DNA of 64,000 bases, from assembly GCA_964016885.1 (NCBI GenBank), contig OZ024750.1, positions 54,498,001 through 54,562,000 of the forward strand, written 5' to 3'. The notes beneath the pieces are model-generated. The model was not told the origin of the DNA. It did not search any database and saw only the letters and a list, made by a program, of their open reading frames with translations. Source of the DNA: Eledone cirrhosa. Its lineage: Eukaryota. How positions within the stretch are numbered: the first letter of the stretch is position 1; each line of letters starts with the position of its first letter. Positions 1 through 12,120 of the stretch are shown piece by piece. The position numbers were made by a program, and so were the translations under genes.

Positions 1-1440
1 CTCTGTTCTCAGTCCACTACTATTTATTATTGCCCTTCAGGCTATAACAGAGGAGTTCAAGACAGGCTGCCCATGGGAACTCCTATACGCAGACGACCTG
101 ACACTCATAGCGGAATCAATGGCCGAGCTAGAGAAGAAATTCCAAACATGGAAGCACGGCCTAGAGTCAAAAGGACTTAAAATTAACCTGGCTAAGACCA
201 AAGTACTAGTTTGTAGGAAAGAAAACAAGGCGGCGGTCCCTTCTGGGAAATGGTCGTGCTCGGTGTGTAGGAAAGGCGTAGGTAGAAACTCCATTTTATG
301 TCCTAAATGCAAAGTATGGGTGCATAAAAGATGTAGTGGGATCACAGGTAAGCTAACTAAGAACATAGATTTTACATGTGGCCGGTGCTCTGGTGCAATA
401 AGTAACAGCAAGTGCCCACAAACTACTAGCTCTTTCAATTGCGCAGAGGGTTCTATAGAAATAGTGGACAGCTTCCGTTACCTGGGCGATAAAATCAGCA
501 GTGGGGGAGGGTGCTCTGAAAGTACTGTAGCTAGAGTCAGAACTGGTTGGAAAAAGTTCAGAGAGCTTATACCACTATTAGCTGCTAAAGGGTTCTCACT
601 AAAAATGAAAGGCAGGTTGTACGATGCCTGCATACGAACAGCAATGCTGCATGGCAGTGAGACCTGGGCATTGTGTGCAGAGGATATACGCAGACTAGAG
701 AGGAACGAAGCTTGCATGCTCCGCTGGATGTGTAATAGTAATATACGTGAACGGCAAAGCATAAACGAACTAAGGAAAAAATTAGAGATAAGAGGGATCA
801 GATGTTGTTTACTCGAGAGAAGGCTACGTTGGTATGGACACGTGATGCGCATGAAAGTCGATAGCTGTATAACAAAGTGCAGGGCAATAAAGATAGACGG
901 TAGTCACGGAATAGGCAGACCTAGAAAAACCTGGGACGAGCTGATAAACTCCGACATCACACACTTACACCTCTCCAAGACAATGTCACTGGACCGAGAC
1001 CTTTGGCGGTACTCAGTAACAGAGAAGACCCGCCTTACCTAAATATATAGTAAAACCTACTCCAGCCAGTAGGCATCTCTAACAAAATACACCCCGTCCC
1101 ACCACCACCACCCCCACCCGATCCACACCACCCCGTTCTATGTAAAGTTATGTTGGTGCCGCGCCATCGAGGCCGAAACAAATGAGATCGTGTAGGTGTC
1201 ACGACAAAAAAACACACAGTCCACGCTGTAATGTGGCCGTGTAGGCAACACGGTAAAAACCTCCCAGACCCACACTGTAAATGTGGTTGGTGTTAGGAAG
1301 GGCATCCAACTGTAGAAAACCTGCCAGACAGTCCTATGCGAGCAAGACAATCACTCTTGCCTCAAGTGGGACTACCCCCGTCCAAACCCATGCAAGCGTG
1401 GAACACGGACGTTAAACGTTGATGATGATGATGATGATGA
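1..1440 (+). mobile_element. RTE-clade LINE (family A), 3' part: RT C-terminus, PHD-like finger, 3'UTR, (GAT)n tail
   Basis: Upstream frame reads ELLYADDL. ORF 119-1042 contains LKINLAKTKVL, FRYLG and [12 protein letters not shown]. The element ends in GGACGTTAAACGTT(GAT)n. Confidence 0.92.
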
Positions 1441-2649
<1,209 letters not shown>

Positions 2650-3645
2650 CATCATCATCATCATCATCACCGTTTTACGTCCGTTCTTCCACGCTAGCAT
2701 GGGTTAGACGGGTTGTCCTGTTGTGGGCAGTGTCTGGTCGGCTGACCATGCCTTGCTCATACAGGAACTGATCTGGCTTGATTTCTACAGCTGGATGCCC
2801 TTCCTAACACCAACCTCATTTACAGTGAGTGCTGGGTGCTTTTTCGTGGCGCCTACACGTCCACTTTACAGTGTGGGCTGGGTGCTTTTTTGCCGTGGCA
2901 CCTCCACGACCACCTTGCGGTGGGGGGGGGGGGCATATTGTTTATATGCTTCAGCATGTACCCATGGGAGGTCGGGTACCCTGTATTACTGCGTGACGCC
3001 AGAAGTCACGGTCGTGTGTCATTGACTTTGAGAGGTGTAGTTGGGTAAGGTCGGCTCTTATCACCTCATCCCAAGTCATCTTGGGTCTCCCCACTCCGCG
3101 GTTTCCATCAACTTCTAGTGCTCTGCACCTTTTTATGCAGCTGTCATCCTTCATACGCATCACATGTCCATACCAGCGTAACCGCCTCTCCTGCACGCAG
3201 CATTTGATTCCTCTTATGCTCAGTCTCTCTCTCAATTCATTTATGCTTTGTCGTTCACGTATATTACTGTTACACATCCATCGGAGCATGCAGGCTTCGT
3301 TTCTCTCTAATCTACGTAAGTCTTCCACCTTCAGCGCCCAGGTCTCACTACCATGCAACATCGCTGTTCGGATACACGCATCATACAGTCTGCCTTTCAT
3401 TCTGAGGGAGAAGCCTTTTGCAGCTAGCAGTGGTAGTAGTTCCCTAAACTTCTTCCATCCCGTTCTTACCCTAGTTATTGTACTTTCTGAGCACCCACCT
3501 CCGTTGCTAATTCGGTCACCTAGGTAGCAGAAGCTGTCTACTGTTTCTACAGGGCCCTCCCAGAGATTGGTGGTACTTGTTTCCTGTGGCTGTTTGCTTG
3601 CTGTTTCAGCACAGCTGCTGCATGTGAATCCTACATTCTTAATTA
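2650..3645 (-). mobile_element. RTE LINE (family B), 5'-truncated
   Basis: (CAT)n tail at 2650 and ORF 2951-3400 ([20 protein letters not shown]); near-identical to 8250-9086 and the copy starting at 44530. Confidence 0.92.
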
Positions 3646-3728
3646 ATATATATATATATATATATGAATATATATATATATGAATATATATATGAATATA
3701 TATATATATATGAATATATATATATATA

Positions 3729-3762
<34 letters not shown>

Positions 3763-3866
3763 TGAATTAATTCCATCGGAAAAGTCCAGGAAAAAAGAGT
3801 GCTCTATGTAGGCAACAGAGCTTAATTATTATTATTATTATGTAATAAACAACATAAGGCAATTAT

Positions 3867-3924
3867 TCCATTTACCAGTGGTTTCTTAAAAGCAAAAGGT
3901 TTTGCATTCAATCCTCAGAATGAA
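3867..3924 (-). ncRNA. Minimal type I hammerhead ribozyme (family 1, PLE terminal repeat)
   Basis: Minus strand: TTCATT-CTGAGGA-TTGAATGC..GCTTTTAA-GAAA-CCACTG-GTA-AATGGA. Confidence 0.75.
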
Positions 3925-4029
3925 AAAATCCTGGTTTGTTTATTGAGTTTGGATTTTAAAAAACAAAAATGCAATCTATATGAAAGTGAGGCTGGAGAAG
4001 GGAGAAGGAAAGGAAAAATAAAATAAAAC

Positions 4030-4219
4030 TACACATGCAAACACTCACACAAAAACACAAAAGCATACTTACACACACATACATATATACATATATATAT
4101 ATGTACGCATACATATATACATATACACATATATATAAAATGTACACCTACATACACATACACATATATACACATATACACATACATACATTCATACATA
4201 CACACACACACACACCGAT

Positions 4220-4259
<40 letters not shown>

Positions 4260-4690
4260 ACATACACACACATACACATGTGTGTGTACAAGCATACACA
4301 TACACAAACATAGCCATACACACACACATATACATACATTCACACAAACATACATAACGTACATACATACACATACATAAATGCACTCCTCTACATATTC
4401 ACACACGCAAATAAATATAAGAAAAAAAATATATATATATTAAAAAATTTTTGACACCGTTACATGAGGCAGCTAACTGGACAGACACGCGTGGTAAGTA
4501 ATACACATAAATGCACGTATACATACGTACGAAATAGTAAACACATACACACACTCTCACACATAAATATACATATACAAATACATAAACACATACATAC
4601 ACATACATACATAAACACGCACACGTATACAATATATACACACACACATGTATATGTAATTATATACACACACACATATATATATATGTG
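4030..4690. repeat. Mixed (CA)/(TA) microsatellite
   Basis: Low-complexity CA/TA tract. Confidence 0.9.
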
Positions 4691-4782
4691 CTTTTTCATA
4701 ACTACACATGTTGGCGAACTAGCCAGTTTTAGAATTCCCTTTTTCGGATTATAATACTGTGAGAGCCCTGGTTTTCGGCTGA

Positions 4783-4863
4783 GCTCTGCTGATGAATGAA
4801 ATCCAATCGTGACCATCTCCACTGAAAGTTTTCATGAAATAGTCTTTTAAGACTATACAGAGC
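4783..4863 (+). ncRNA. Type I hammerhead ribozyme (family 2) with full stem III
   Basis: GCTCTG-CTGATGA-ATGAAA..TTTCAT-GAA-ATAGTCTT tt AAGACTAT-A-CAGAGC; all three stems pair. Confidence 0.88.
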
Positions 4864-5239
4864 GTTTGATGTTATTCCAAATTGAAGGATAAGTGTTTTG
4901 AACTTTATTTTATCATGAGTTAAAGGTCTATTGATTTTTCCCTGGATTGCACTAAATTCTGTGGATGAATTTGTATCTTATTCTCTTTTGAGATGAGTTT
5001 AAATTATTTTTCCTAATTCTTACGTTAACTACTTTTCCCATCTTGACGTTATAGTCGCATATATGTTATAGAATGCTGTTAGCTTCTCGCTAAAACAATC
5101 TCTATACCTCTCATTTATATATATATATATATATATATGTTCTAGTCGATCGACTTTCGTCAAATCGGACCGAGGAAACTATGTTTCCGTTGGTCTTTCC
5201 AATTGCTAATACTATCTATCGGTCGCAACTCCAGGTAGA

Positions 5240-5360
5240 AGGAGCAACGTGAAATAAAGTGTCTTGCTCAAGGACATAACGCATCGCCTGGTTCAGGAAT
5301 CGAACTCACAACCTCACGATTGTGAATCCAATACTCTAACCACTCAGCCACACGCCTTCA
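5240..5360 (-). mobile_element. tRNA-derived SINE head
   Basis: Minus strand has an A box (TGGCTGAGTGG), a B box (GAGTTCGATTCC) and GTCCTTGAGCAAGACACTTT. Confidence 0.8.
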
Positions 5361-5540
5361 GAAATATACAGAAATATAAACGCACACACACACACACATA
5401 TACGTATACATACACACACATATACATACATAGCTAAACAATTATACACATGCAAATACGTATATATCATAAACACGCACAACCAAATACAAACACACAC
5501 ACACACACATATATACACACACGCACATACACACATATAT

Positions 5541-5599
<59 letters not shown>

Positions 5600-5740
5600 T
5601 ACGTACATATACACATATGCATACACATACACACACACATACATGTGTGTATGTGTAAAACTCAGTCTTAGATAATTCAAATGAACCTTACATAAACGTA
5701 TATATAGTAGTAAAGTAATAAAGCAACATAAGGCAATTAT

Positions 5741-5798
5741 TCCATTCACCAGTGGTTTCTTAAAAGCAAAAAAATTTTCCTTCAATCTTCACAATGAA
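5741..5798 (-). ncRNA. Degenerate hammerhead (family 1)
   Basis: Paralogue of 3867-3924; the core is mutated to GTGAAGA and the cleavage triplet to GTG. Confidence 0.5.
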
Positions 5799-5868
5799 AA
5801 AAAACCTGGTTTATCCACATATACATACATATACACACACAAATATACATATATATACATATACACAT

Positions 5869-5930
<62 letters not shown>

Positions 5931-6143
5931 ATATATACACATATATATATATATACACACACAAATATACATACACATAGGTATGTGAAGGGCAAAACAA
6001 AAAGAATATATGGGGGTGGGGGCCATAAGAGGAGGTAAAATATAAGGGGAGGTAAGGGAGAAAAATAAGTAAATATACAAGAGTACAGAACGTAGAATCA
6101 GCAAAATAAAAACCGTAGCAGAAGTAAAGAGCAGAGAAGGAGT

Positions 6144-7038
6144 TCAAGGCGGTTGATTTATCATAGTGTCAATCCAGTTACAGATCAGATGCGATTTCAG
6201 ATGAGGACAGCATCTGAAGATCTCAGTCTTTGAGTTAAGGCAAGCGGAAGTGGCTCTCAAGTTTAGCAAAATCCTATACTTTTCTTTGGTACACAAAGAA
6301 CAATTCTTTGTGCCCCTTTGGTACTCCCTCGAATGGGCTAATATAGACCAATCAATAGAGTACGGGATGTTACCAACCTTGAGATCCCACACCTTACTTG
6401 CGAGGGCCGTTGATGTTCGTTTATCGGAGTGCTTAAAAGAAGCGACATGTGAGTAAAATCTGGTTTTAAACCTGTCCTGGGTCATACCGACATATCGCTC
6501 ACTCCTGGCTGGCTGGTTGTTGATTACTGGTGTTATCTTAGCCTCATAAACGACAGATTTGGTGTTACATTTACCCTGCAATGGGCATTCATCCGGCTTC
6601 CTGCAACTGCATCCTGGATTTATTCTCGTACGGTTTGAACTGGTGATTTTGGACTTCATAGATGGGCAACAAGAGTAGCTGATCTTAACTACATTCCTAT
6701 TAAATATCTTATAATATCTATGATTAGGAGGAAAATGTTTGTCTAATAGTTCAACGAATTTCCTTCCTACATTAGTTTTGACAGTTAGAGAGAAGGGGGG
6801 TGTGAACCAAATAATCTTCCTTTTCCTGTTATTATGGTTAGTTTTAGGAGGGGGGAGTAGGTAAATAAGAAATTTTTTCTGTAAAACCGCTGTTCTTAAG
6901 GGCTTTATTATAATAAGGGGCGGCTTTATTAAAAATGTCTATAGACGAAGATAAGGTAGAAATCCTACGGCTAATGTTAGGAATAAGATTATTAAAAACT
7001 ATAGGGGGATGGCAAGACTCTTTGTGTATATACCTAAG
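6144..7038 (-). mobile_element. Penelope-like element 3' part: RT thumb, linker and GIY-YIG endonuclease
   Basis: Translation contains YIHKESCHPP, IIWFTPPFS, CSCRKPDECPLQGKC, VVYEA..YVGMT..FKTRFYSH, CSLCTKEK and LNSKTE. Confidence 0.9.
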
Positions 7039-7039
7039 A

Positions 7040-7850
7040 TTTTTCCGATGGAATTACTTCATTTATACAGCTCCAACCGGGATTGATCGAAGCATATTCT
7101 ATATTACATATACGATTGGCACTTTCCAGCCCGATTAGTTGAGCACTCTACAGTTTTCAGGAATTTAACCAACATACACCATGGACCTTTATGATTTGGA
7201 TTATTCAATCAAAAATATACCCACTCCTTCCAACACAACTTACACCAAAATCCTCATAGATAAAATCGAACAAGTCGTTAAAAGAATGAGATGGAAGACA
7301 ATGGTTTACGATGGACTATTCAGTGCTGATACTAAAGATTGTTTTGACATTAAATCCTGTAAATATCCACCTAGAATTAAAGACATGGCCAACTTCGAAT
7401 TAGACCTCGTTAATCTAATTAGTGATATCAAATTTCGTAAGTACAATAATAACTTTCAAACTAAACTTTCTAACGATATTTCTAATTTTAGAAATTCTAC
7501 AAACACTTTCGTTCTTTCTGATAAAACTAAAAACCTCTTTGAAGTTAATAGTAATTTGTATAACCAACTTTTAACTAATAGTATTACCAATAAATATCAA
7601 TTAACTAATAATAATAGCTACAATACTATCAATAAAGAAGCTAAAGAACTAGCTAGTTCTTTACAAATAGATAACCGGATTGAAAGCTTAGCTAAGCGTA
7701 AAGCATATATTACCCTTAAAGACCATAAATTGGACTTTACTAATCGACCTAGTTGTAGACTGATTAATCCGGCTAAATCCGAGGTTGGCCTTGCAAGTAA
7801 GAAAATCTTAAAAATAATTCTCCAAATTAGAACTAACAAAGTTATTAACC
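7040..7850 (+). mobile_element. Penelope-like element 5' part (N-terminal domain to RT start), truncated
   Basis: ORF from 7181 contains YSIKNIPTPS, KRMRWK, SDKT and YITLKDHK..CRLINPAKSEVG. The leader resembles the minus-strand repeat at 3762-3805. Confidence 0.85.
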
Positions 7851-8249
7851 ATCCGACCAACAACAACCCCGAACACCTTTTTGATCTCCATGTGTCTAAC
7901 ACGTGGACATGCCTACAAAGTCAGAAAACAACACAGCTCCCATGACTTTAGGAAATATTTCTTCATGCTCAGAGTTGCTGAAGGATGGAACAAACTTCCT
8001 GCATCAGTTGTTAGCTGATGACACACTGCATCCTTTAAAACCATCATACATTCCGAAATACACCAAAACTACACCTGATGTCCCCCTTCCATACACATGC
8101 ACATATGTGTATATCATGACTCATGCACTGTTCTTTTTTCATGACGTTTTTATATTACCCTATGTATTATATATGCACTTTTCATGAGTTGTAGTGCACC
8201 TCAGCATTGTACACAATATTTTCATTATTATTATCATTATTATTATTAC

Positions 8250-9086
8250 AAGTACAATAACTAGGGTAAGAACGGGATGGAAGAAGTTTAGGGAACTACT
8301 ACCACTGCTAGCTGCAAAAGGCTTCTCCCTCAGAATGAAAGGCAGACTGTATGATGCGTGTATCCGAACAGCGATGTTGCATGGTAGTGAGACCTGGGCG
8401 CTGAAGGTGGAAGACTTACGTAGATTAGAGAGAAACGAAGCCTGCATGCTCCGATGGATGTGTAACAGTAATATACGTGAACGACAAAGCATAAATGAAT
8501 TGAGAGAGAGACTGAGCATAAGAGGAATCAAATGCTGCGTGCAGGAGAGGCGGTTACGCTGGTATGGACATGTGATGCGTATGAAGGATGACAGCTGCAT
8601 AAAAAGGTGCAGAGCACTAGAAGTTGATGGAAACCGCGGAGTGGGGAGACCCAAGATGACTTGGGATGAGGTGATAAAAGCCGACCTTACCCAACTACAC
8701 CTCTCAAAGTCAATGACACACGACCGTGACTTCTGGCGTCACGCAGTAATACAGGGTACCCGACCTCCCATGGGTACATGCTGAAGCATATAAACAATAT
8801 GCCCCCCCCCCACCACCGCAAGGTGATCGTGGAGGTGCCACGGCAAAAAAGCACCCAGCCCACACTGTAAAGTGGACGTGTAGGCGCCACGAAAAAGCAC
8901 CCAGCACTCACTGTAAATGAGGTTGGTGTTAGGAAGGGCATCCAGCTGTAGAAATCAAGCCAGATCAGTTCCTGTATGAGCAAGGCATGGTCAGCCGACC
9001 AGACACTGCCCACAACAGGACAACCCGTCTAACCCATGCTAGCGTGGAAGAACGGACGTAAAACGGTGATGATGATGATGATGATG
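8250..9086 (+). mobile_element. RTE LINE (family B), 5'-truncated
   Basis: ORF 8194-8784 encodes the RTE C-terminus; 3'UTR and (GAT)n tail follow. Confidence 0.92.
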
Positions 9087-9539
9087 ACACTCATTGATCC
9101 ATTTTGCACTAACTCTGCATCAAGCACCCTCACCTAAATATTAACCAATCAAGGATCCAATACAGCTATCTGTTGGATGAGTATTGTATAGTGCCAAAAA
9201 CGAAACCAATCAGTTTAGCAGAAAGTTTCCAGACAAGAAACACGCATATTTTGCTATCCTCAAACACGTTTACACATGGCATGAAATATAACTAATCCGA
9301 GATGGCTAGGTTTCATCTTCTAACTGGATATACGAAATCCATTATGTCTTGACAACAACATGAGGTAACATTATGTTATTCACAGACACACTTTGTACAC
9401 TGTTCCATATCAGAATGTATTTCCTTCGTCACATTCACAAACAGTATTGAAAATATGTTCTTCGGCAAATAAAAATGTTTTGTTCATAATATTTCAACTA
9501 GCGATTGCTCTACTCCACGCACGACCACCATAAATTAAT

Positions 9540-9720
9540 GACCAGCTCAACACAAGTATTGGTAGAGCGTCAGACACCATGCTCTGCAATATTGTTATGG
9601 TCCTTTGCATTCTAAGTTCAAATCCTGCCGAGGTTAACTTCGACTTTCATACTTACTAATTCGATAAAATAAAGTACCAGTAATGGACTGCCGTAATGGA
9701 TTTGTGCCGAAAAATAGAAA
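9540..9720 (+). mobile_element. Degenerate tRNA-derived SINE (second family)
   Basis: TGGTAGAG, a B-box-like AAGTTCAAATCC, then GCCGAGGTTAACTT..CTTTCAT..TCGATAAAATAAAGTACCAGT. Confidence 0.6.
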
Positions 9721-10275
9721 CACTATTAATGTGCAATAAGAGCAAAATATAACGACATTGCTCAATTATTTTATCTAATGTTGTAATAACACAAGGAAAT
9801 GTTGTTTGTGTATTTTTTTTTATATTTGCTCATAAGCTTTTACAATTTCGCTCAGCCAACAACTATTAAAAAGTGAGTTGCTTAAGATAACAATTTAATC
9901 ACAAATTGTTGCTATCTTTTAATACACTCCAACAAGTCATCAAATTATGTACAATAAAAACAAATCTTATTAATTTGCTCAGGGAATATAAAGAAAATGT
10001 ATATACACTGATAATTGCAATTGTATGTAAATATTTTGTTTTTGTATTGTTTATTTTATGTTTTCTATTATGTATAATATATTGATTTAATATTGATTGT
10101 TTTTTGTAGTTTATATTAAAAGTCTGAAAATATTTTTATACATCTTACACTAATATTTATAAGATAATTTATAATAACAATTACATAATCTAATTACATT
10201 ACAACGATAATTTATTATTAATATATATCCTGTTTAACTAGAGTTATTACAAGCGTTGCCTTAAAAAAATATTAA

Positions 10276-10487
10276 ACTAGACATGAAAAATGCGCAAGAA
10301 TTAACTAAGTGAAATAGCGTAAAAATAAAGGCTTCGTTGGTTTAAGCTATTTTTATAAAGGATGCCACAGAATGTACGATATATAATGATTACAATATTT
10401 TTTAGCAACAACTCTAGTCCCACACTTTTGAAGGTTTATTATAACATTCTGTGGCACTTTTGAGCTTGCGCATTTTTCATGTCTAGT
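10276..10487. mobile_element. MITE-like element with nested inverted repeats
   Basis: Terminal ACTAGACATGAAAAATGCGCAAG / CTTGCGCATTTTTCATGTCTAGT; internal TGCCACAGAATGT / ACATTCTGTGGCA. Confidence 0.65.
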
Positions 10488-10695
10488 ATATATGTGCGTG
10501 CGTATGTATTTGTATATTTGCGTGTATGGGTATATATATATATTTATATATATATGTTTCTATGTGGAAAGTTATATTTAAATTGTTGGGTTACAACGAG
10601 TAAATATTTATAACTGATATAAAAGCACTCAACAAGTATTTGGAGTATATTTACGATATTAAATAAATGGAAATTATATTTATAAAACCATATTT

Positions 10696-10759
10696 ATTTC
10701 ATTATATATATTTCAGTGATATCATATTAACAATATGTTATGCCTTCTTCAGACAAAAT
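10696..10759 (-). ncRNA. Minimal type I hammerhead (family 3), in a PLE-type terminal repeat
   Basis: Minus strand: ATTTTGT-CTGAAGA-..-GAAA-TATATA-TA-ATGAAAT. Flanks match 44320-44510. Confidence 0.65.
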
Positions 10760-11198
10760 ACAATATAGACAGTCTTATAAATAAATAGATTCGACATACC
10801 TTTCAACATCGACTTGCATTTGAAAAGTTGATTTGGCTATATATGTTTCTATGTATTTTTACTTATGTGTGTGAGTTTATTTAGGTTTATATTATACTTT
10901 TATTGGGTTCTATGTATATGTTTACGTTTTTAGTTGTGTGTGTGCGGTGATTATAGGCCTTTGTTTTTTGTCTGTATAGTCTTACGTATGGTTTTGTCTG
11001 CGTGTGTTTTTTACGTTCGAGTGTGCGCACGCATGTGGTTACGTTTGTACGCTCATTTGGTTGTATGCTTATTTTCTTACGTGTGTAAGTGTGTGTATGT
11101 GGTTGTGTATGTATGTTTATTTTAATATTTTTATTTTTGTGTATATATATATATATATATGTATGTGTGTATATGCATGTATATATATATACAGTATA

Positions 11199-11228
<30 letters not shown>

Positions 11229-11229
<1 letters not shown>

Positions 11230-11921
11230 TGAACAAACGAGCAAAGGTTGTTGCTAGACACTACGGCTTAATACGGGATGTTTGTTTACAAACACACCGA
11301 GCATTATAATAAATGTTTGGTGAATCCATACGTACATATATATATGTGTGCATGTATGTATATATATATATATATATATATATACATACTACTGTACATC
11401 TGTATACATATATGTATGTACGTATACATACTTATATTTAAGTAACAGCCGTACTAAGAGTGGGAAACGAAATTTCGTTTCATTTTTTCCGTTTATCGTT
11501 TTCGGTGGACCCGGCCGATTAACCCACTCGATATGCAAATTGGGCTGCTCAGCCGTTAATATGCATAAGGAAAGTATATACTTTCAGACGTTCAACTATC
11601 TGGCAGGAAGGTATACGTTGCTGACGATAGCTAACAAGCTTGAAACTAGTACAGCGTTCCTTTGTCAGTGTTGAACAAACGAGCAACGGTGGTTGCTAGA
11701 CACTACGCCTTAATACGGGATGTTTGTTTACAAACACACCGAGCATTATAATAAATGTTTGGTGAATCCATACGTACATATATATATATGTGTGCATGTA
11801 TGTATATATATATACATACTATACGTCTGTATACATATATGTATGTACGTATACATACTTATATTTAAGTAACAGCCGTACTAAGAGTAGGAAATGAAAT
11901 TTCGTTTCATTTTTTCCGTTT
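11229..11921 (+). mobile_element. Retrozyme-like non-coding element, ~1.6 copies of a 442-bp monomer
   Basis: GAACAAACGAGCA recurs at 11231 and 11673; contains a hammerhead; homologous to 16935-17588 and 47792-48372. Confidence 0.75.
11615..11657 (+). ncRNA. Minimal type I hammerhead (family 4)
   Basis: ACGTTG-CTGACGA-TAGCT AACA AGCTT-GAA-ACTAGT-A-CAGCGT. Confidence 0.88.
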
Positions 11922-11941
11922 ATTATATATACATATATATG

Positions 11942-11975
<34 letters not shown>

Positions 11976-12120
11976 AATGTATATATTTTATATGTATATA
12001 CGCCTACATTTGTGTATATGTTTTTATACGTGTGTATGAGTGTTTGTGCATGGTTTTTTTGTTGTGTATCTGCGTGCGTGTGTATGTATGTGTGTATACA
12101 TGTATATGTATATATATATA

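Noticed and set aside
5139-5235. Minus-strand GAAA-GTCGATCGAC-TA resembling a hammerhead 3' half
   Set aside because: I found no CUGANGA box or matching stem I upstream; it may be a decayed remnant.
9168-9222. Hammerhead-like GGATGAG..CGAAAC
   Set aside because: The core lacks CUGA and stems II and III pair poorly.
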